A DNA stretch of 64,000 nt from Candidatus Dasytiphilus stammeri (GTDB lineage: Bacteria > Pseudomonadota > Gammaproteobacteria > Enterobacterales > Enterobacteriaceae): NCBI GenBank assembly GCA_045290365.1, contig CP145882.1, positions 492,189-556,188 of the forward strand. The letters are read 5' to 3'. The notes under the pieces are model-generated. The model worked only from the letters and a program-made list of their open reading frames with translations, had not been told where the DNA came from and did no database searches. The position numbers and the translations under genes were made by a program. This document shows positions 11,411 through 22,736 of the stretch, piece after piece. Each line of letters opens with the position of its first letter. Positions within the stretch are counted from its first letter, which is position 1.

Positions 11411-12814
11411 ATGAGAGAAATAGAAAATAAATTTAATCATAAATCTAGTTCGCAGCAAACTAATCTAGTTAAGGTACCACCACATTCTCTAGAAGCCGAA
11501 CAATCTGTTTTAGGTGGTTTAATGCTAGATAATGATCGTTGGGATAACGTAGCTGAACATCTAGTAGCTAGAGACTTTTTTAGTTCACCTCATAGGTTAA
11601 TTTTTGGTGAAATGCAACACTTAATAGAACTCAGGAAACCTATTGATTTAATTACTCTAGCAGAATCACTTGAACAGAAAGGAAAATTAGAAGAGGTTGG
11701 TGGTTTTGCTTATCTCGCTGAATTATCTAAAAATACACCTAGTGCCGCAAATATTTGTGCTTATGCTGATATTGTGCGAGAACGCGCTATAGTTCGTGAT
11801 ATGATTTCTGCTGCCAATTATATTGCTGAAGCGGGTTATGATCCCCAAGGACGTAGTAGTGAAGATTTACTGGATATGGCCGAATCTCAGGTTTTCCAGA
11901 TTGCCGAAAAACGCACTAAACATTCTGGACCTAAAAGCATAGATCAGATTTTAGAATCTACTATATCACGTATACAAACTCTTTACGAATTTCCAAATAA
12001 TGGAGTTACAGGTATTTCTACTGGTTATCATGATCTAGATAAAAAAACTACTGGATTACAACGTTCAGACTTAATTATTATTGCGGCTCGTCCTTCAATG
12101 GGTAAGACTACTTTAGCGATGAACTTATGTGAAAATGCTGCTCTCACACAAGATCAACCGGTACTTATTTTTAGTCTGGAAATGCCTGGAGAACAAATTA
12201 TGATGCGCATGTTAGCATCTCTCTCCAGGGTAGATCATACTAAAATTCGTACGGGGCAACTTGATGATGAGGATTGGGCTAGAATCTCCCGCTCAATTGG
12301 ACTACTTTTGGAAAAACGTAATCTTTATATCGATGATTCTTCTAGTCTTACTCCTACGGAGGTGCGTTCTCGAGCGAGACGGATATTTAGAGAGCATAAC
12401 GGATTAGGTTTAATTATGGTTGATTACTTGCAACTGATGCGAGTTCCATGGCTCTCTACAAATCGCACATTAGAAATATCTGAAATTTCTAGAGCATTAA
12501 AAGCTTTAGCAAAGGATTTACAAGTACCGGTTGTGGCATTATCACAGCTTAATCGTTTATTAGAACAACGCAGTAATAAACGACCAGTGAACTCTGATTT
12601 ACGTGATTCTGGTTCTATAGAACAAGATGCTGATTTAATTATATTTATTTATAGAGATGAAGTTTATAATGAAAATACTGAAATGAAAGGAATTTCTGAG
12701 ATTATTATTGGTAAACAACGCAATGGGCCCATTGGTTCTATACGTTTGACATTTAATGGCCAGTGGTCACGTTTTGATAATTATGTAGGTAGAGAACAAT
12801 ACAATAATAACTAA
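11411..12814 (+). CDS. dnaB: Replicative DNA helicase
   Basis: The 467-aa ORF contains PPHSLEAEQSVLGGLMLDN, the Walker A motif ARPSMGKTT, and SQLNR...RDSGSIEQDADLI. Confidence 0.97.
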   Translation: MREIENKFNHKSSSQQTNLVKVPPHSLEAEQSVLGGLMLDNDRWDNVAEHLVARDFFSSPHRLIFGEMQHLIELRKPIDLITLAESLEQKGKLEEVGGFAYLAELSKNTPSAANICAYADIVRERAIVRDMISAANYIAEAGYDPQGRSSEDLLDMAESQVFQIAEKRTKHSGPKSIDQILESTISRIQTLYEFPNNGVTGISTGYHDLDKKTTGLQRSDLIIIAARPSMGKTTLAMNLCENAALTQDQPVLIFSLEMPGEQIMMRMLASLSRVDHTKIRTGQLDDEDWARISRSIGLLLEKRNLYIDDSSSLTPTEVRSRARRIFREHNGLGLIMVDYLQLMRVPWLSTNRTLEISEISRALKALAKDLQVPVVALSQLNRLLEQRSNKRPVNSDLRDSGSIEQDADLIIFIYRDEVYNENTEMKGISEIIIGKQRNGPIGSIRLTFNGQWSRFDNYVGREQYNNN

Positions 12815-12826
12815 TTTTTAGTTATT
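12806..12826. terminator. Weak 9-bp hairpin containing the stop codons of both dnaB and apaH
   Basis: The arm aataactaa (12806-12814) pairs with ttagttatt (12818-12826) across the loop ttt. The stem has only one G:C pair, so any terminator function is doubtful. Confidence 0.25.
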
Positions 12827-13645
12827 CAGCGAGGGTTGAATCACTAAAGATTTATTCTCCCAGCATAACATTGTTAAGGAGCCACCCCAACAGCATCCTG
12901 TATCCAGACAAATAATACCTTTTGGAGTACCTTTTCCGTTAAGCGACGCCCAGTGACCAAAAATGATCGTATAATCAGAATCTACTCCTAATATAGAACT
13001 GCTAATTTTAAACCATGGGTTTAAGTATGCGGGTGCTAAAGATGGTGGTGTTTTACAAATCATATCTAGTTGTCCATTGCGGAAACAATAACGCATGCGC
13101 GTTAGAACATTAGTAATGAAACGTAATCTGGCCATTCCACTAAGTTGTTCTGACCAATGATTTGGCATGTTACCGTACATATGATGAAGAAAGTATAAAT
13201 AGTCCTTGCTAGTAAGTATTAATTCTACTTCTTTTGCACACTGTTTTGCAGTACTTAGATCCCACTGAGGTAAAATTCCCGCATGAGTCATAATCAGCTT
13301 ATTTTCTTTATCAACTTGTAGTAATGGCTGATGACGCAACCAATGAATGATCTCATCCCCATCATAAGATTCTCTTAAATTTTTAAGATAAAAATTGTTA
13401 AATTTGTTAATATTTTTATCATAATATTCTGCTAGAAGATTTAAATCATGGTTACCCAGAACTATGCGGGCGTTAGTTCCTAAAGAACGTATATAACGCA
13501 GTACTTTGATAGATTCTGGGCCTCTAGCCACTAAATCACCAGTTAACCATAAGGTATCTCTTCTAGTATCAAAATTTACTTGTGCCAAGATAGCACATAA
13601 TTCTTGATAACAACCATGAAGATCGCCAATTAAGTATGTAGCCAT
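12818..13645 (-). CDS. apaH: Bis(5'-nucleosyl)-tetraphosphatase, symmetrical
   Basis: It carries [21 protein letters not shown] and LGNHDL. It is the last gene of the apaH-apaG-rsmA-pdxA-surA block. Confidence 0.95.
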   Translation of the reverse strand: MATYLIGDLHGCYQELCAILAQVNFDTRRDTLWLTGDLVARGPESIKVLRYIRSLGTNARIVLGNHDLNLLAEYYDKNINKFNNFYLKNLRESYDGDEIIHWLRHQPLLQVDKENKLIMTHAGILPQWDLSTAKQCAKEVELILTSKDYLYFLHHMYGNMPNHWSEQLSGMARLRFITNVLTRMRYCFRNGQLDMICKTPPSLAPAYLNPWFKISSSILGVDSDYTIIFGHWASLNGKGTPKGIICLDTGCCWGGSLTMLCWENKSLVIQPSLNN

Positions 13646-13676
13646 AAATTACTAATCTTTTATAAAATAAACATTC

Positions 13677-14054
13677 TTAATGAAGATGACTTTGAATAGC
13701 TAATCTAAAAACTGGAATATCTACTTTAAATATTACACCTTTGTTGTCACACATGTTATAATAACCTTGCATAGTTCCTATTGGGGTATCAATTATAATG
13801 CCACTAGTATATTTAAATTCATTATTCGGTTGAATATATGGCTTTTTTCCTAATACTCCTTCACCTTGAACTTTAGTCACCCGTCCGTTCCCGTTAGTAA
13901 TTAACCAAGAGCGACTCTGAAGCTGAATGGATTTCTGTCCTAAATTACGAATATTAATTGTATAAGCAAAAACATAATGTGCTTCTTCAGGTATCGATTG
14001 TGATGCAAGATAGACACTTTGTACATTTACATAAACCCTAGTAGTTTCCTCCAT
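13677..14054 (-). CDS. apaG: ApaG (DUF525) protein
   Basis: The 125-aa ORF contains [13 protein letters not shown]...[21 protein letters not shown]. Its position lies between rsmA and apaH. Confidence 0.9.
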   Translation of the reverse strand: MEETTRVYVNVQSVYLASQSIPEEAHYVFAYTINIRNLGQKSIQLQSRSWLITNGNGRVTKVQGEGVLGKKPYIQPNNEFKYTSGIIIDTPIGTMQGYYNMCDNKGVIFKVDIPVFRLAIQSHLH

Positions 14055-14075
14055 ATCATTATTTATCCTTGAGTT

Positions 14076-14885
14076 TCATTTTGAATGTACAGTTAACCAA
14101 TTAGCCAGCTTGCAATATAGTGCAACCGGAATATTTTCTGCTCGTAAATTTGGGTTAATCCCTATTTCTTTGAGCACTTTAACTGTTACTAATTTACTAA
14201 GACTATTTCTTAGCATTTTTCGACGATGACTAAAAGCGGTTCTGGTTATCAGATTTAATTCACTAATATTTTCTACTATATTTGGCATAAAACTATATGG
14301 TACTAAACGAACTAAGGCAGAAGATACTTTTGGAACTGGTATAAAAGATTCTGGAGTAATATCTTGAATTAAAACTCCCTTACAATAATATTGTGACATC
14401 ACACTTAATCTACCGTACTTTTTACTGTCTGGAACTGCAATAATACGGTCAACTACTTCTTTTTGTAACATCAAATGCATATCTTTGATAATAGTTATAT
14501 ATTTAAATAGATGAAAAATAAGTTGACTAGAAATGTTATAAGGTAAATTTCCAAATATTCTAAGTTTGTGTCCTTTCTGTCGTAACAGTTCGTTAAAATT
14601 AAAATTTATGGCATTTTGTTGATAAATAGTTAATTTTTTACTAAGAAGAACATTTTTTTTTAAATGATTAACTAAATTTTTGTCTATTTCAATAGCTATT
14701 ATATGTTTAACATATTTACTAAGAGGTTTAGTTAACGCTCCTAGTCCTGGACCTATTTCTACTAATTGATCATCAGTCTGTGGATTTATAGCACTAACAA
14801 TATTATTAATAATATTAACGTCTTTAATAAAATTTTGACCCCATTTTTTACTTGCAAAATGCCCTAAGTAGAAATTATTGATCAT
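14076..14885 (-). CDS. rsmA: 16S rRNA (adenine1518/1519-N6)-dimethyltransferase
   Basis: It carries KKWGQNFI, the SAM motif [10 protein letters not shown] and GNLPYNISS. Confidence 0.95.
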   Translation of the reverse strand: MINNFYLGHFASKKWGQNFIKDVNIINNIVSAINPQTDDQLVEIGPGLGALTKPLSKYVKHIIAIEIDKNLVNHLKKNVLLSKKLTIYQQNAINFNFNELLRQKGHKLRIFGNLPYNISSQLIFHLFKYITIIKDMHLMLQKEVVDRIIAVPDSKKYGRLSVMSQYYCKGVLIQDITPESFIPVPKVSSALVRLVPYSFMPNIVENISELNLITRTAFSHRRKMLRNSLSKLVTVKVLKEIGINPNLRAENIPVALYCKLANWLTVHSK

Positions 14886-15870
14886 GATTATTTAGATTTA
14901 GCATATTAATTGTAAGTTTAAGTGCTGCTATCAAACTGCTTGGATTGGCTTTTCCAGTAGCCGCTAATTCCAAAGCGGTACCATGATCTACTGAGGTGCG
15001 TATAAAAGGCAATCCAAGAGTAAGATTCACAATCTGTCCAAATCCTTGAGATTTTAACACTGGTAATCCTTGGTCGTGATACATAGTTAAGATAACATCT
15101 GCGGCCTTGAAATATTTTTTTTGAAAGATAGTATCTGCTGGTAAAGGACCAGTAATTTTAAGGCCCTCTTGTCTTAAGATTTGTATGACAGGAATGATGA
15201 TATCTTGTTCTTCTCTACCTATATGTCCTCCTTCTCCTGCATGAGGATTAAGACCACATACAAATATGTGTGGTTTAGTAATTTTAAATTTATTTTGAAG
15301 CTCTTGATATAAAATAGTAATTACTTCCGATAGACTATCGTGTGTAATTGCATTAGGAACTTTTTTTAAAGGTAAGTGTGTTGTAGTTAGTGCGACACGT
15401 AATTCTCCCATAGCAAAGAGCATCACTCCTCTTTTTATATTAGAATGTTCAACCAAATATTCTGTATGACCAATAAAAGTTATTCCAGCTTCATTCATCA
15501 CTCCTTTATGTACTGGTCCAGTAATGATCGCTGAAAATTCACCATGTAAACATCCATTACAAGCCCGTTCTAAAGTTGAGAGAACATATTTACTATTATC
15601 AATACATAATTGACCTGCTTTAACTGGTTTAATTAAATCGATTTGCAGGATTTTTAGATGGCCCGGCCGGTGAAGTTGGGTAATTGGTTCAAATTGATAA
15701 TCATGTAAGATCAATGGTAAATTTAAAGCTAAAGCTCTTGAATGCATAAGTTCAGCAGAGGCACACACTACCAGTTCAATCGGCCAATTGTATTGAGCTA
15801 ATTGAATAACTATATCAGGACCTATTCCAGCCGGCTCGCCTGGTGTAATAATTACACGGTGATGATTCAT
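14875..15870 (-). CDS. pdxA: 4-hydroxythreonine-4-phosphate dehydrogenase
   Basis: It carries [22 protein letters not shown] and SVDHGTA. It overlaps rsmA by 11 nt and surA by 4 nt. Confidence 0.95.
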   Translation of the reverse strand: MNHHRVIITPGEPAGIGPDIVIQLAQYNWPIELVVCASAELMHSRALALNLPLILHDYQFEPITQLHRPGHLKILQIDLIKPVKAGQLCIDNSKYVLSTLERACNGCLHGEFSAIITGPVHKGVMNEAGITFIGHTEYLVEHSNIKRGVMLFAMGELRVALTTTHLPLKKVPNAITHDSLSEVITILYQELQNKFKITKPHIFVCGLNPHAGEGGHIGREEQDIIIPVIQILRQEGLKITGPLPADTIFQKKYFKAADVILTMYHDQGLPVLKSQGFGQIVNLTLGLPFIRTSVDHGTALELAATGKANPSSLIAALKLTINMLNLNNHDQ

Positions 15871-17135
15871 TTTGCACCTTTGCCCAAAATTTTAACGTAA
15901 CTAGAGTTCTTTAACTGCTGCTGTTCTTTGGTCCATAATTTTACCGCTTCCACCAATTTCCGCATATATAAAATATGCAATGCTTGCTCTTGAAATATTA
16001 TATTAGTTTTATCTACTTTACGTGATCCTAATAACTGAATTAAGTGCCATCCCATTGGAGATCTAACTGGTAAACTTATTTCATTATTTTTTAATTTTAA
16101 TAATCCCGTACTTAATTTATAACCTAATATATTTGGTGAGTTCCAGCCTAAATCACCTCCTAATGGAGCGGATATAGTATCTTGTGAAAAATATTTTGCC
16201 GCACTAGTAAAATCTATTTTTCCAGTTTTGATTTTATTTGTAATTTGTTTCATTATTTTGATTGCTTGTTTATCATCTATCCGATTAGATAGTTTTAGCA
16301 AAATATGTCGTAGGTGTATGTCTGTAATAAATATAATTTTATTAGTAATTTCATTAATTTTAAAAATATGAAAACCCCTATTAGATCTAATAGGACCAAT
16401 AAGATCTTTATTATTAAGATTTTTTAATAAAATATTAGGAATATCTTTGATTTGACGCCCGCAGACTTTTTGATTCTTAAATATAATTATATTATTGAGT
16501 ATATCAATATTTTTATGATTTTTAATTTTATAAATGATTTGCGTCACAAGTAATCTTGCTTGAGATTCTTGTTGGTTGGTTGGATGTTTTGATAATGGAA
16601 TTATTATATTAGTGAGGTTAATTTCGCTAAAATCATTATTTTTCATTTGGTTTATTAAACCAGTAATTTCTGATGGTGTAATATTTACACTATTATGAAT
16701 AATATTATTATATACTTCTTTAGTAATCAGCTCTTTACTAAGTGTTGCGCGATACTGATGATAATTGGTATCATGAGTCATAATTTGTTTATAAAATTGA
16801 GCTAGTGTCATGTTTTGGGTTGCAGCTTTACTTTTTATGGTTAAGTTGATTTGTTCTTGAGCAACTGATAAATGTTTCATTTTACCTAAATTGTATAAGA
16901 TCTGATTATTAATCAGATCTTCAATGATCTTAGAACGTAAATCGCTCTCAGGAAACAATAAAGTTTCATTTTTATGATTATGTTTTATTAAATTAATACG
17001 ATCCTCAATTTCACTTTGTAAGATCACCTGGTCATTTACAATTGCCGCAATTCGATTAATTATTTGTGTAGCTGCAATAGATGGAAGACTAGTTATAAAA
17101 TTGATACTGATTATCAATATTATAAATTTTTTCAT
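15867..17135 (-). CDS. surA: Periplasmic chaperone/PPIase SurA (divergent)
   Basis: It has a signal peptide [22 protein letters not shown], an N-terminal chaperone region ([14 protein letters not shown]) and a parvulin-like C-terminal part (GGDLGW...GWHLIQL). It lies upstream of pdxA. Confidence 0.85.
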   Translation of the reverse strand: MKKFIILIISINFITSLPSIAATQIINRIAAIVNDQVILQSEIEDRINLIKHNHKNETLLFPESDLRSKIIEDLINNQILYNLGKMKHLSVAQEQINLTIKSKAATQNMTLAQFYKQIMTHDTNYHQYRATLSKELITKEVYNNIIHNSVNITPSEITGLINQMKNNDFSEINLTNIIIPLSKHPTNQQESQARLLVTQIIYKIKNHKNIDILNNIIIFKNQKVCGRQIKDIPNILLKNLNNKDLIGPIRSNRGFHIFKINEITNKIIFITDIHLRHILLKLSNRIDDKQAIKIMKQITNKIKTGKIDFTSAAKYFSQDTISAPLGGDLGWNSPNILGYKLSTGLLKLKNNEISLPVRSPMGWHLIQLLGSRKVDKTNIIFQEQALHILYMRKLVEAVKLWTKEQQQLKNSSYVKILGKGAK

Positions 17136-17387
17136 ACCTTAAATACCTTATTACTTAAAAGACAGGCGGGAGTGGGTAATAAGCTACTCAATTACATAAC
17201 ATATTATTTATATCAAATTATTCTAAACACTGTCAAACAAAAGTCTAATCATAATAACTCTCTGGGTAATATGAGATTAGTAATCTTGCGGATTTTATTT
17301 GATAATATATTATAATAAGGTACATGTTAAGATAAATTTAAAATAAACTGATCTGTCCAGTGTCAACCTGAATTGAGGTACCTCTCA

Positions 17388-18200
17388 ATGCATTTATTTG
17401 GAAAAACATTAGGATTATTTATAGGCCTGGCATCTGGAACTGGAATAGTGGGAGTGGTCGTTGGTCTATTTATAGGACATATCATTGATAAAACTCTCGA
17501 CTTCTCTGTAAAGATTAATTTTACTAACCAAAGTAGACGTCAAGAGCTATTTTATCGTACAACTTTTCAGATTGTTGGTCATATTAGTAAATGTAAAGGA
17601 AGAGTAACTGAAATTGATATTAAAAATGCCTTAAATTTAATGGATCACATCCAACTTTCTGGTGAAGAAAGAAAATTAGCACAACAAGCCTTTAGAGAAG
17701 GAAAGCATTTTAAATACCCATTACGTTCTAAATTACGAGAATTACATCAAATTTGCTTTGATCGATTTGATTTAATCAGAATGTTTCTTGACATTCAAAT
17801 TCAAACCGCATTGTCTGATGGTTTATTACATCCTAAAGAACGCAAAGTATTGCATATTCTGGCGGAAGAACTGGGAATTTCACAAATACAATTGGAACAA
17901 TTTTTACAGATGATAGAAAGAGAAATAGACGGAGTAAAGTCTTCTGCTACACAGAATTATGGACGTTATACATCTGAAACATTTACAGAGTTAGATGAGG
18001 CTTGTAAAGTTTTAGGAGTAAAAATCAGCGATGATTACGTTACTATCAAACGTGCGTGGCGTAGACGAATGAATGAATATCATCCTGATAAACTTTTAGC
18101 CAAAGGATTACCAACTAACCTGATGAAAATTGCCCAACAAAAAATTCAGGAAATTCAAAAAGCTTGGGAACTTATCAAAAAAATCCGCGATTTTAAATGA
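17388..18200 (+). CDS. djlA: Membrane-anchored DnaJ-like co-chaperone DjlA
   Basis: It has an N-terminal TM segment and FDLIRMFLDIQIQTALSDGLLHPKERKVLHILAEELGIS. A C-terminal J-domain carries EYHPDKL. The ATG at 17388 matches the E. coli start better than the track TTG at 17373. Confidence 0.92.
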   Translation: MHLFGKTLGLFIGLASGTGIVGVVVGLFIGHIIDKTLDFSVKINFTNQSRRQELFYRTTFQIVGHISKCKGRVTEIDIKNALNLMDHIQLSGEERKLAQQAFREGKHFKYPLRSKLRELHQICFDRFDLIRMFLDIQIQTALSDGLLHPKERKVLHILAEELGISQIQLEQFLQMIEREIDGVKSSATQNYGRYTSETFTELDEACKVLGVKISDDYVTIKRAWRRRMNEYHPDKLLAKGLPTNLMKIAQQKIQEIQKAWELIKKIRDFK

Positions 18201-18627
18201 TTATATCCAATTTAAATTGATTAATTATTAATCCCAATTAAGATTATACTATAATATTAATACTTTCATAGCATATGGAACTAGCAGTGATTAAATAGCA
18301 CTTAAATTTTAAACAACTGCCGAACCATTTTTAAATAACAAAAATAAACTGATTAATAATACCATTATTGGTATAGTTCTTCTCAAAATCCTGCTACCTT
18401 AATAATAAATTTAGATAAATCACTGCTTCCTAGATTACTACCTAGGCATAATTTACTAGAAGTAAATAAAATCTGAGCTCATAATATTCCTTGTAATCCA
18501 TATTGTGAAAATTACAATTTCTTCTTAAGCTATTGTAGAATGTAGCTAGCTAAATTTAATAAGATTACTTTAACTCTATCATTAATCTTTAGCAGATTAA
18601 TTTCTTGATAATTTAATTAAGGGTTAT

Positions 18628-19569
18628 ATGGATAACCATACAAGCGTACTTGTCGATGTAGCAGTGAATGCTCTGAATATTAAAGATCATGGAATATATA
18701 TTGATGGTACTTTCGGGCGTGGGGGACATTCTCGATTAATATTATCTCATTTATCGTCTCAAGGACAATTGTATGCTATTGATCGTGATCCTATAGCTGT
18801 AGCCGCTGGTAGGAGTATTATTGATTCAAGATTTACTATGATTCACGGAGTTTTTTCTAGTTTAGTTAATTATATCTCACCTAGAGGATTAATAGGTCGG
18901 ATTAATGGGATCTTATTAGATTTGGGATTATCATCACCCCAAATTGATAATGCTGAGCGCGGTTTTTCTTTTATGCAAGATGGACCACTAGATATGCGGA
19001 TGGATCCTACTCATGGCATATCAGCTAAAGAGTGGTTATTAGAATCTCAAGTAGAGGATATTGCTCTGGTATTAAAAAAATACGGAGATGAACGTTTTGC
19101 CCAACGCATTGCTCGTGCTATAGTTAAACGTAACAGCAGTAGTACTCAACCTATCACACGTACTAGCGACCTAGTATCAGTCATTAAGGCGGCGATCCCA
19201 TATAAAAAAAATTTTCATAAACATCCCGCAACTCGCTGTTTTCAAGCAATACGGATTTTTATCAATAATGAGTTAAATGAGCTTATGAAAGTATTACAAG
19301 GCACATTATTAACACTAGCTCCAGGAGGAAGATTAGTTGTAATTAGTTTTCATTCATTGGAAGATCGAATTGTAAAGCATTTTATTAGGAAGTATAGTCG
19401 CTCCTTTAGTGTTCCAAAAGGAATTCCATTGACTGTCAATCAAATAAAAGGTTTAGATTCTACACCTGAGTTAATAGCCATAGATAAAATAAAACCCAAT
19501 AAAATAGAAGTTGCAATTAACCCACGTGCCCGCAGTGCAATTCTTCGGATTGCCGAAAAAAGGATGTAA
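18628..19569 (+). CDS. rsmH: 16S rRNA (cytosine1402-N4)-methyltransferase
   Basis: It carries [36 protein letters not shown] and [11 protein letters not shown]. It is the first gene of the dcw cluster here. Confidence 0.96.
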   Translation: MDNHTSVLVDVAVNALNIKDHGIYIDGTFGRGGHSRLILSHLSSQGQLYAIDRDPIAVAAGRSIIDSRFTMIHGVFSSLVNYISPRGLIGRINGILLDLGLSSPQIDNAERGFSFMQDGPLDMRMDPTHGISAKEWLLESQVEDIALVLKKYGDERFAQRIARAIVKRNSSSTQPITRTSDLVSVIKAAIPYKKNFHKHPATRCFQAIRIFINNELNELMKVLQGTLLTLAPGGRLVVISFHSLEDRIVKHFIRKYSRSFSVPKGIPLTVNQIKGLDSTPELIAIDKIKPNKIEVAINPRARSAILRIAEKRM

Positions 19570-19629
19570 TAATCTTTCTAAAAGATCCTAAATAATTTTA
19601 AGCAATTCTTTGTGGAACATATATACTAA

Positions 19630-19710
19630 ATATTAATTGTGGTCATTTTATTATCGGATCGCCGAATTCAAAGCATTGCTGAAAATTCGATAGTTTCTAT
19701 TTTTACGTAA
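19630..19710 (+). pseudogene. Possible relic of ftsL (very short, speculative)
   Basis: The frame at 19630-19707 reads ILIVVILLSDRRIQSIAENSIVSIFT*. The segment LSDRRIQSIAEN resembles the conserved FtsL C-terminal segment (E. coli LGDHSRVERIATEKL). It sits exactly where ftsL belongs. I had no statistical support for the match. Confidence 0.2.
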
Positions 19711-19828
19711 TTCATTTAGTGGTGAATACTCTGGATCTAAGAAAATAATTAGTGCCATGAAACTGGTATCTTACCTGATGTGAGGTAAGCCACGACCACT
19801 AAATCTAAATGAGTAAAGCTAAAAAGAG

Positions 19829-21328
19829 GTGAATTTATTGCGTAATTTACATGAGATATTGACACCTTGGGTGACTTCCGCTCCTAACCTTTTAATCAGA
19901 GAAATGACTCTGGATAGTAGGTTAGCCAAAATTGGAGATGTCTTCATAGCTATTAATGGAGATCGTGTGGATGGACGTTCTTTTATATCTCAAGCTATTG
20001 CTAATGGGGTCAAAGCGGTTATTGCTGAGGGCACACCTTATCAGAATGGCTCTATTGGTTATTTAGATAGGGTTCCGATCATTTATGTTAAAAATTTATC
20101 TCAGCAACTATCTGAAATAGCTGGACGTTTTTATGATCATCCAGGGAAAAAATTATGTTTGATTGGAGTAACCGGAACTAATGGTAAAACTACTACCACA
20201 CAATTATTAGCACAGTGGATAAAATTACTTGGTGAGAAGAGTGCTGTTATAGGAACTCTAGGAAATGGTTTATATGGTAACTTAACTCATCTAGAGAATA
20301 CCACTCCTTCAGCAGTGGATGTTCAACGATGGTTAAATTTTTTATGGAAAAAAGGTGCAAAAGTTGTAGCCATAGAAATTTCATCGCATGGACTTGTACA
20401 ACATCGAGTGGCTGCTATACAATTTGCCGCTGGTGTCTTTACCAATTTAAGTCGCGATCATCTTGATTATCACCTTAATATGGAAAATTATCAAATGGCC
20501 AAGTGGTCGCTGTTTTCTAAACATAGTACTAAATTAGCTATCATTAATGCTGATGATTATATAGGAAGGGCTTGGTTAAAGCGTTTACCAGAAGCTATAG
20601 GAGTCACCATTAAGAAAAAATATTGGTCATTATGTAATAATAGGCGCTATTGGCTAAAGGGACTAAGAGTGCGATACAATGAGGGTAGTACAAATATTTA
20701 CTTTAGATCTGTTTGGGGACATGGAGAAATCAATACTAATTTGATAGGGGATTTTAATGTGAGTAATCTATTGCTAGCGCTGACAACCCTTTTAGCCAAT
20801 GGATATCAGATAGATAGCTTAATAGCAACTAGCAATAAATTACAACCTATATGTGGTCGTATGGAAATATTTAAACTAAGAGGTCATGGAAAACCAACTG
20901 TTATTATAGATTATGCACATACTCCTGAAGCGCTGGAAAAATCACTACAAGCTGCCAGATTACACTGTCGCAGTAAGTTATGGTGCATTTTTGGTTGTGG
21001 TGGTGATCGTGATAAAGGAAAGCGCTCCATTATGGGTAGAATTGCTGAAAAATTTTCTGATAAATTAGTTATTACTAGTGATAATCCACGTCATGAAGAT
21101 CCTAACGCTATTATTAAAGATATTTTAAGTGGATTACAGTATATCAAAAATGTCAAGATAATGCATGATCGTAGTATTGCAGTGACAGATACAATTATGA
21201 GAGCACAGGAAGATGATGTAATTTTAATAGCTGGGAAAGGACATGAAAATTATCAGATAATAGGAAATCATCGTATGAATTTTTCTGATCGCACAATAGT
21301 GGCTCGTATGTTAGGAATAAAAGAATGA
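19829..21328 (+). CDS. murE: UDP-MurNAc-tripeptide synthetase (meso-DAP adding)
   Basis: It carries [31 protein letters not shown] and [11 protein letters not shown]. It has a GTG start and its TGA stop overlaps the murF ATG. Confidence 0.96.
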   Translation: MNLLRNLHEILTPWVTSAPNLLIREMTLDSRLAKIGDVFIAINGDRVDGRSFISQAIANGVKAVIAEGTPYQNGSIGYLDRVPIIYVKNLSQQLSEIAGRFYDHPGKKLCLIGVTGTNGKTTTTQLLAQWIKLLGEKSAVIGTLGNGLYGNLTHLENTTPSAVDVQRWLNFLWKKGAKVVAIEISSHGLVQHRVAAIQFAAGVFTNLSRDHLDYHLNMENYQMAKWSLFSKHSTKLAIINADDYIGRAWLKRLPEAIGVTIKKKYWSLCNNRRYWLKGLRVRYNEGSTNIYFRSVWGHGEINTNLIGDFNVSNLLLALTTLLANGYQIDSLIATSNKLQPICGRMEIFKLRGHGKPTVIIDYAHTPEALEKSLQAARLHCRSKLWCIFGCGGDRDKGKRSIMGRIAEKFSDKLVITSDNPRHEDPNAIIKDILSGLQYIKNVKIMHDRSIAVTDTIMRAQEDDVILIAGKGHENYQIIGNHRMNFSDRTIVARMLGIKE

Positions 21329-22689
21329 TCCCTATCTCATTAATTCAATTAGCCAAAATTATTGATGGTGAACTAATTGGTAGTGATATTGAGATTTGTA
21401 AGGTTATTACTGATACGCGTCAAAGTACTGAGGAAGCTCTTTTTATTGCTTTGATCGGAAACAATTTTGATGCCCATGATTTTGTAGAAGAAGCTATAAA
21501 TAATAATAAAATTATTGCAGTTATAGTAAGTCGGATATTAGTTATTAAAGTACCACAAATTCTTGTAAAGAACACTAGTATTGCTCTCGGAAACCTCGCT
21601 AAATGGCTTAGACAACAGCTCCATACCAAAGTTATTGCATTAACAGGATCTTCAGGTAAAACTACTGTTAAAAATATGTTAACCGCTATTTTAAAACAGT
21701 GTGGTAACACTCTATCTACAATGGGAAATATGAATAATCATATTGGTGTCCCATTAACGCTGTTGCAATTAAATAAAGAATATATTTATACGGTGATTGA
21801 AATGGGTGCTAATCATCCTGGAGAAATTGATTATGCGGTACAATTAACTAACCCGGAAGTGGTCTTAATTAATAATATTACACTATCACATCTCCATGGT
21901 TTTGGTTCAATATTAGGAGTGGCAAAATCTAAAGGAGAAATTTTTACTGGTTTAGTGGAAAATGGTATAGCTGTGATAAATGCTGATAGTCATTATTGGT
22001 CGTATTGGCGTCATTTATTAGGTAATCAATTAGTATGGAGATTTTCTCTGACTCCTAAGCATGAAAGTAGCTTTTTTGCAACCAATATTATTTTAAATAT
22101 TACCAGTACACAATTTACTCTTAATACGCCAAAAGGGTGTATTGAAGTCTTCTTACCATTACTAGGTAAGCATAATATTGCTAATGCATTAGCGGCAGCA
22201 ACTTTAGCTTCAGCAGTTGATATATCTCTCCAAGACATTAAGACTGGATTAGCTCACTTAAAAGCGCTACCAGGTCGGAGTTATCCTATACTAATAGATA
22301 GAAATAAATTATTAATTGATGATAGCTACAATGCGAATGTAGGCTCAATGAAGGCAGCCGCTTATACATTATCAAAAATGCCAGGTTATCGAATTATGGT
22401 AGTAGGCGATGTAGCGGAATTAGGTAATCATTCTGTTAGATATCACCAAATGATTGGTTGGATAATGCGTTTAGCTGAGATTGATAAAGTGATTAGCATA
22501 GGAATACTGAGTAAAAATATTAGTGATCTGAACCATGAGGGTGAGCATTTTTATGATCAAGCTAAATTGATTCAACGTCTCAAAATACTAATGGAAAAAT
22601 ATAAAAATGTTACTATTTTAATTAAAGGTTCCCGGGTTGCTAAAATGGAAAAGATAGTACATAACTTACAGGAAAAATACTCATGTTAA
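21325..22689 (+). CDS. murF: UDP-MurNAc-pentapeptide synthetase
   Basis: It carries [19 protein letters not shown] and DDSYNAN. Its position lies between murE and mraY. Confidence 0.94.
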   Translation: MIPISLIQLAKIIDGELIGSDIEICKVITDTRQSTEEALFIALIGNNFDAHDFVEEAINNNKIIAVIVSRILVIKVPQILVKNTSIALGNLAKWLRQQLHTKVIALTGSSGKTTVKNMLTAILKQCGNTLSTMGNMNNHIGVPLTLLQLNKEYIYTVIEMGANHPGEIDYAVQLTNPEVVLINNITLSHLHGFGSILGVAKSKGEIFTGLVENGIAVINADSHYWSYWRHLLGNQLVWRFSLTPKHESSFFATNIILNITSTQFTLNTPKGCIEVFLPLLGKHNIANALAAATLASAVDISLQDIKTGLAHLKALPGRSYPILIDRNKLLIDDSYNANVGSMKAAAYTLSKMPGYRIMVVGDVAELGNHSVRYHQMIGWIMRLAEIDKVISIGILSKNISDLNHEGEHFYDQAKLIQRLKILMEKYKNVTILIKGSRVAKMEKIVHNLQEKYSC

Positions 22690-22736
22690 GGTTGCTCATC
22701 TTGCCTTACTATTTTTAGGTTTTATGGTATTGTTGT

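Noticed and set aside
17064-17315. An 83-aa + strand ORF in the surA-djlA spacer, which might have been an lptD remnant or a new gene.
   Set aside because: It overlaps the surA 5' end in antisense and is on the wrong strand for lptD. It is low-complexity AT-driven sequence (N/Y/K/L/I rich) with no Shine-Dalgarno sequence.
21325-21328. The possibility of an alternative genetic code (UGA as Trp), as in some tiny symbiont genomes.
   Set aside because: TGA terminates murE at the conserved C-terminus, in the ATGA overlap with murF. Conserved Trp positions, for example in ompA, trxA and secA, are encoded by TGG. The standard code 11 fits all genes.
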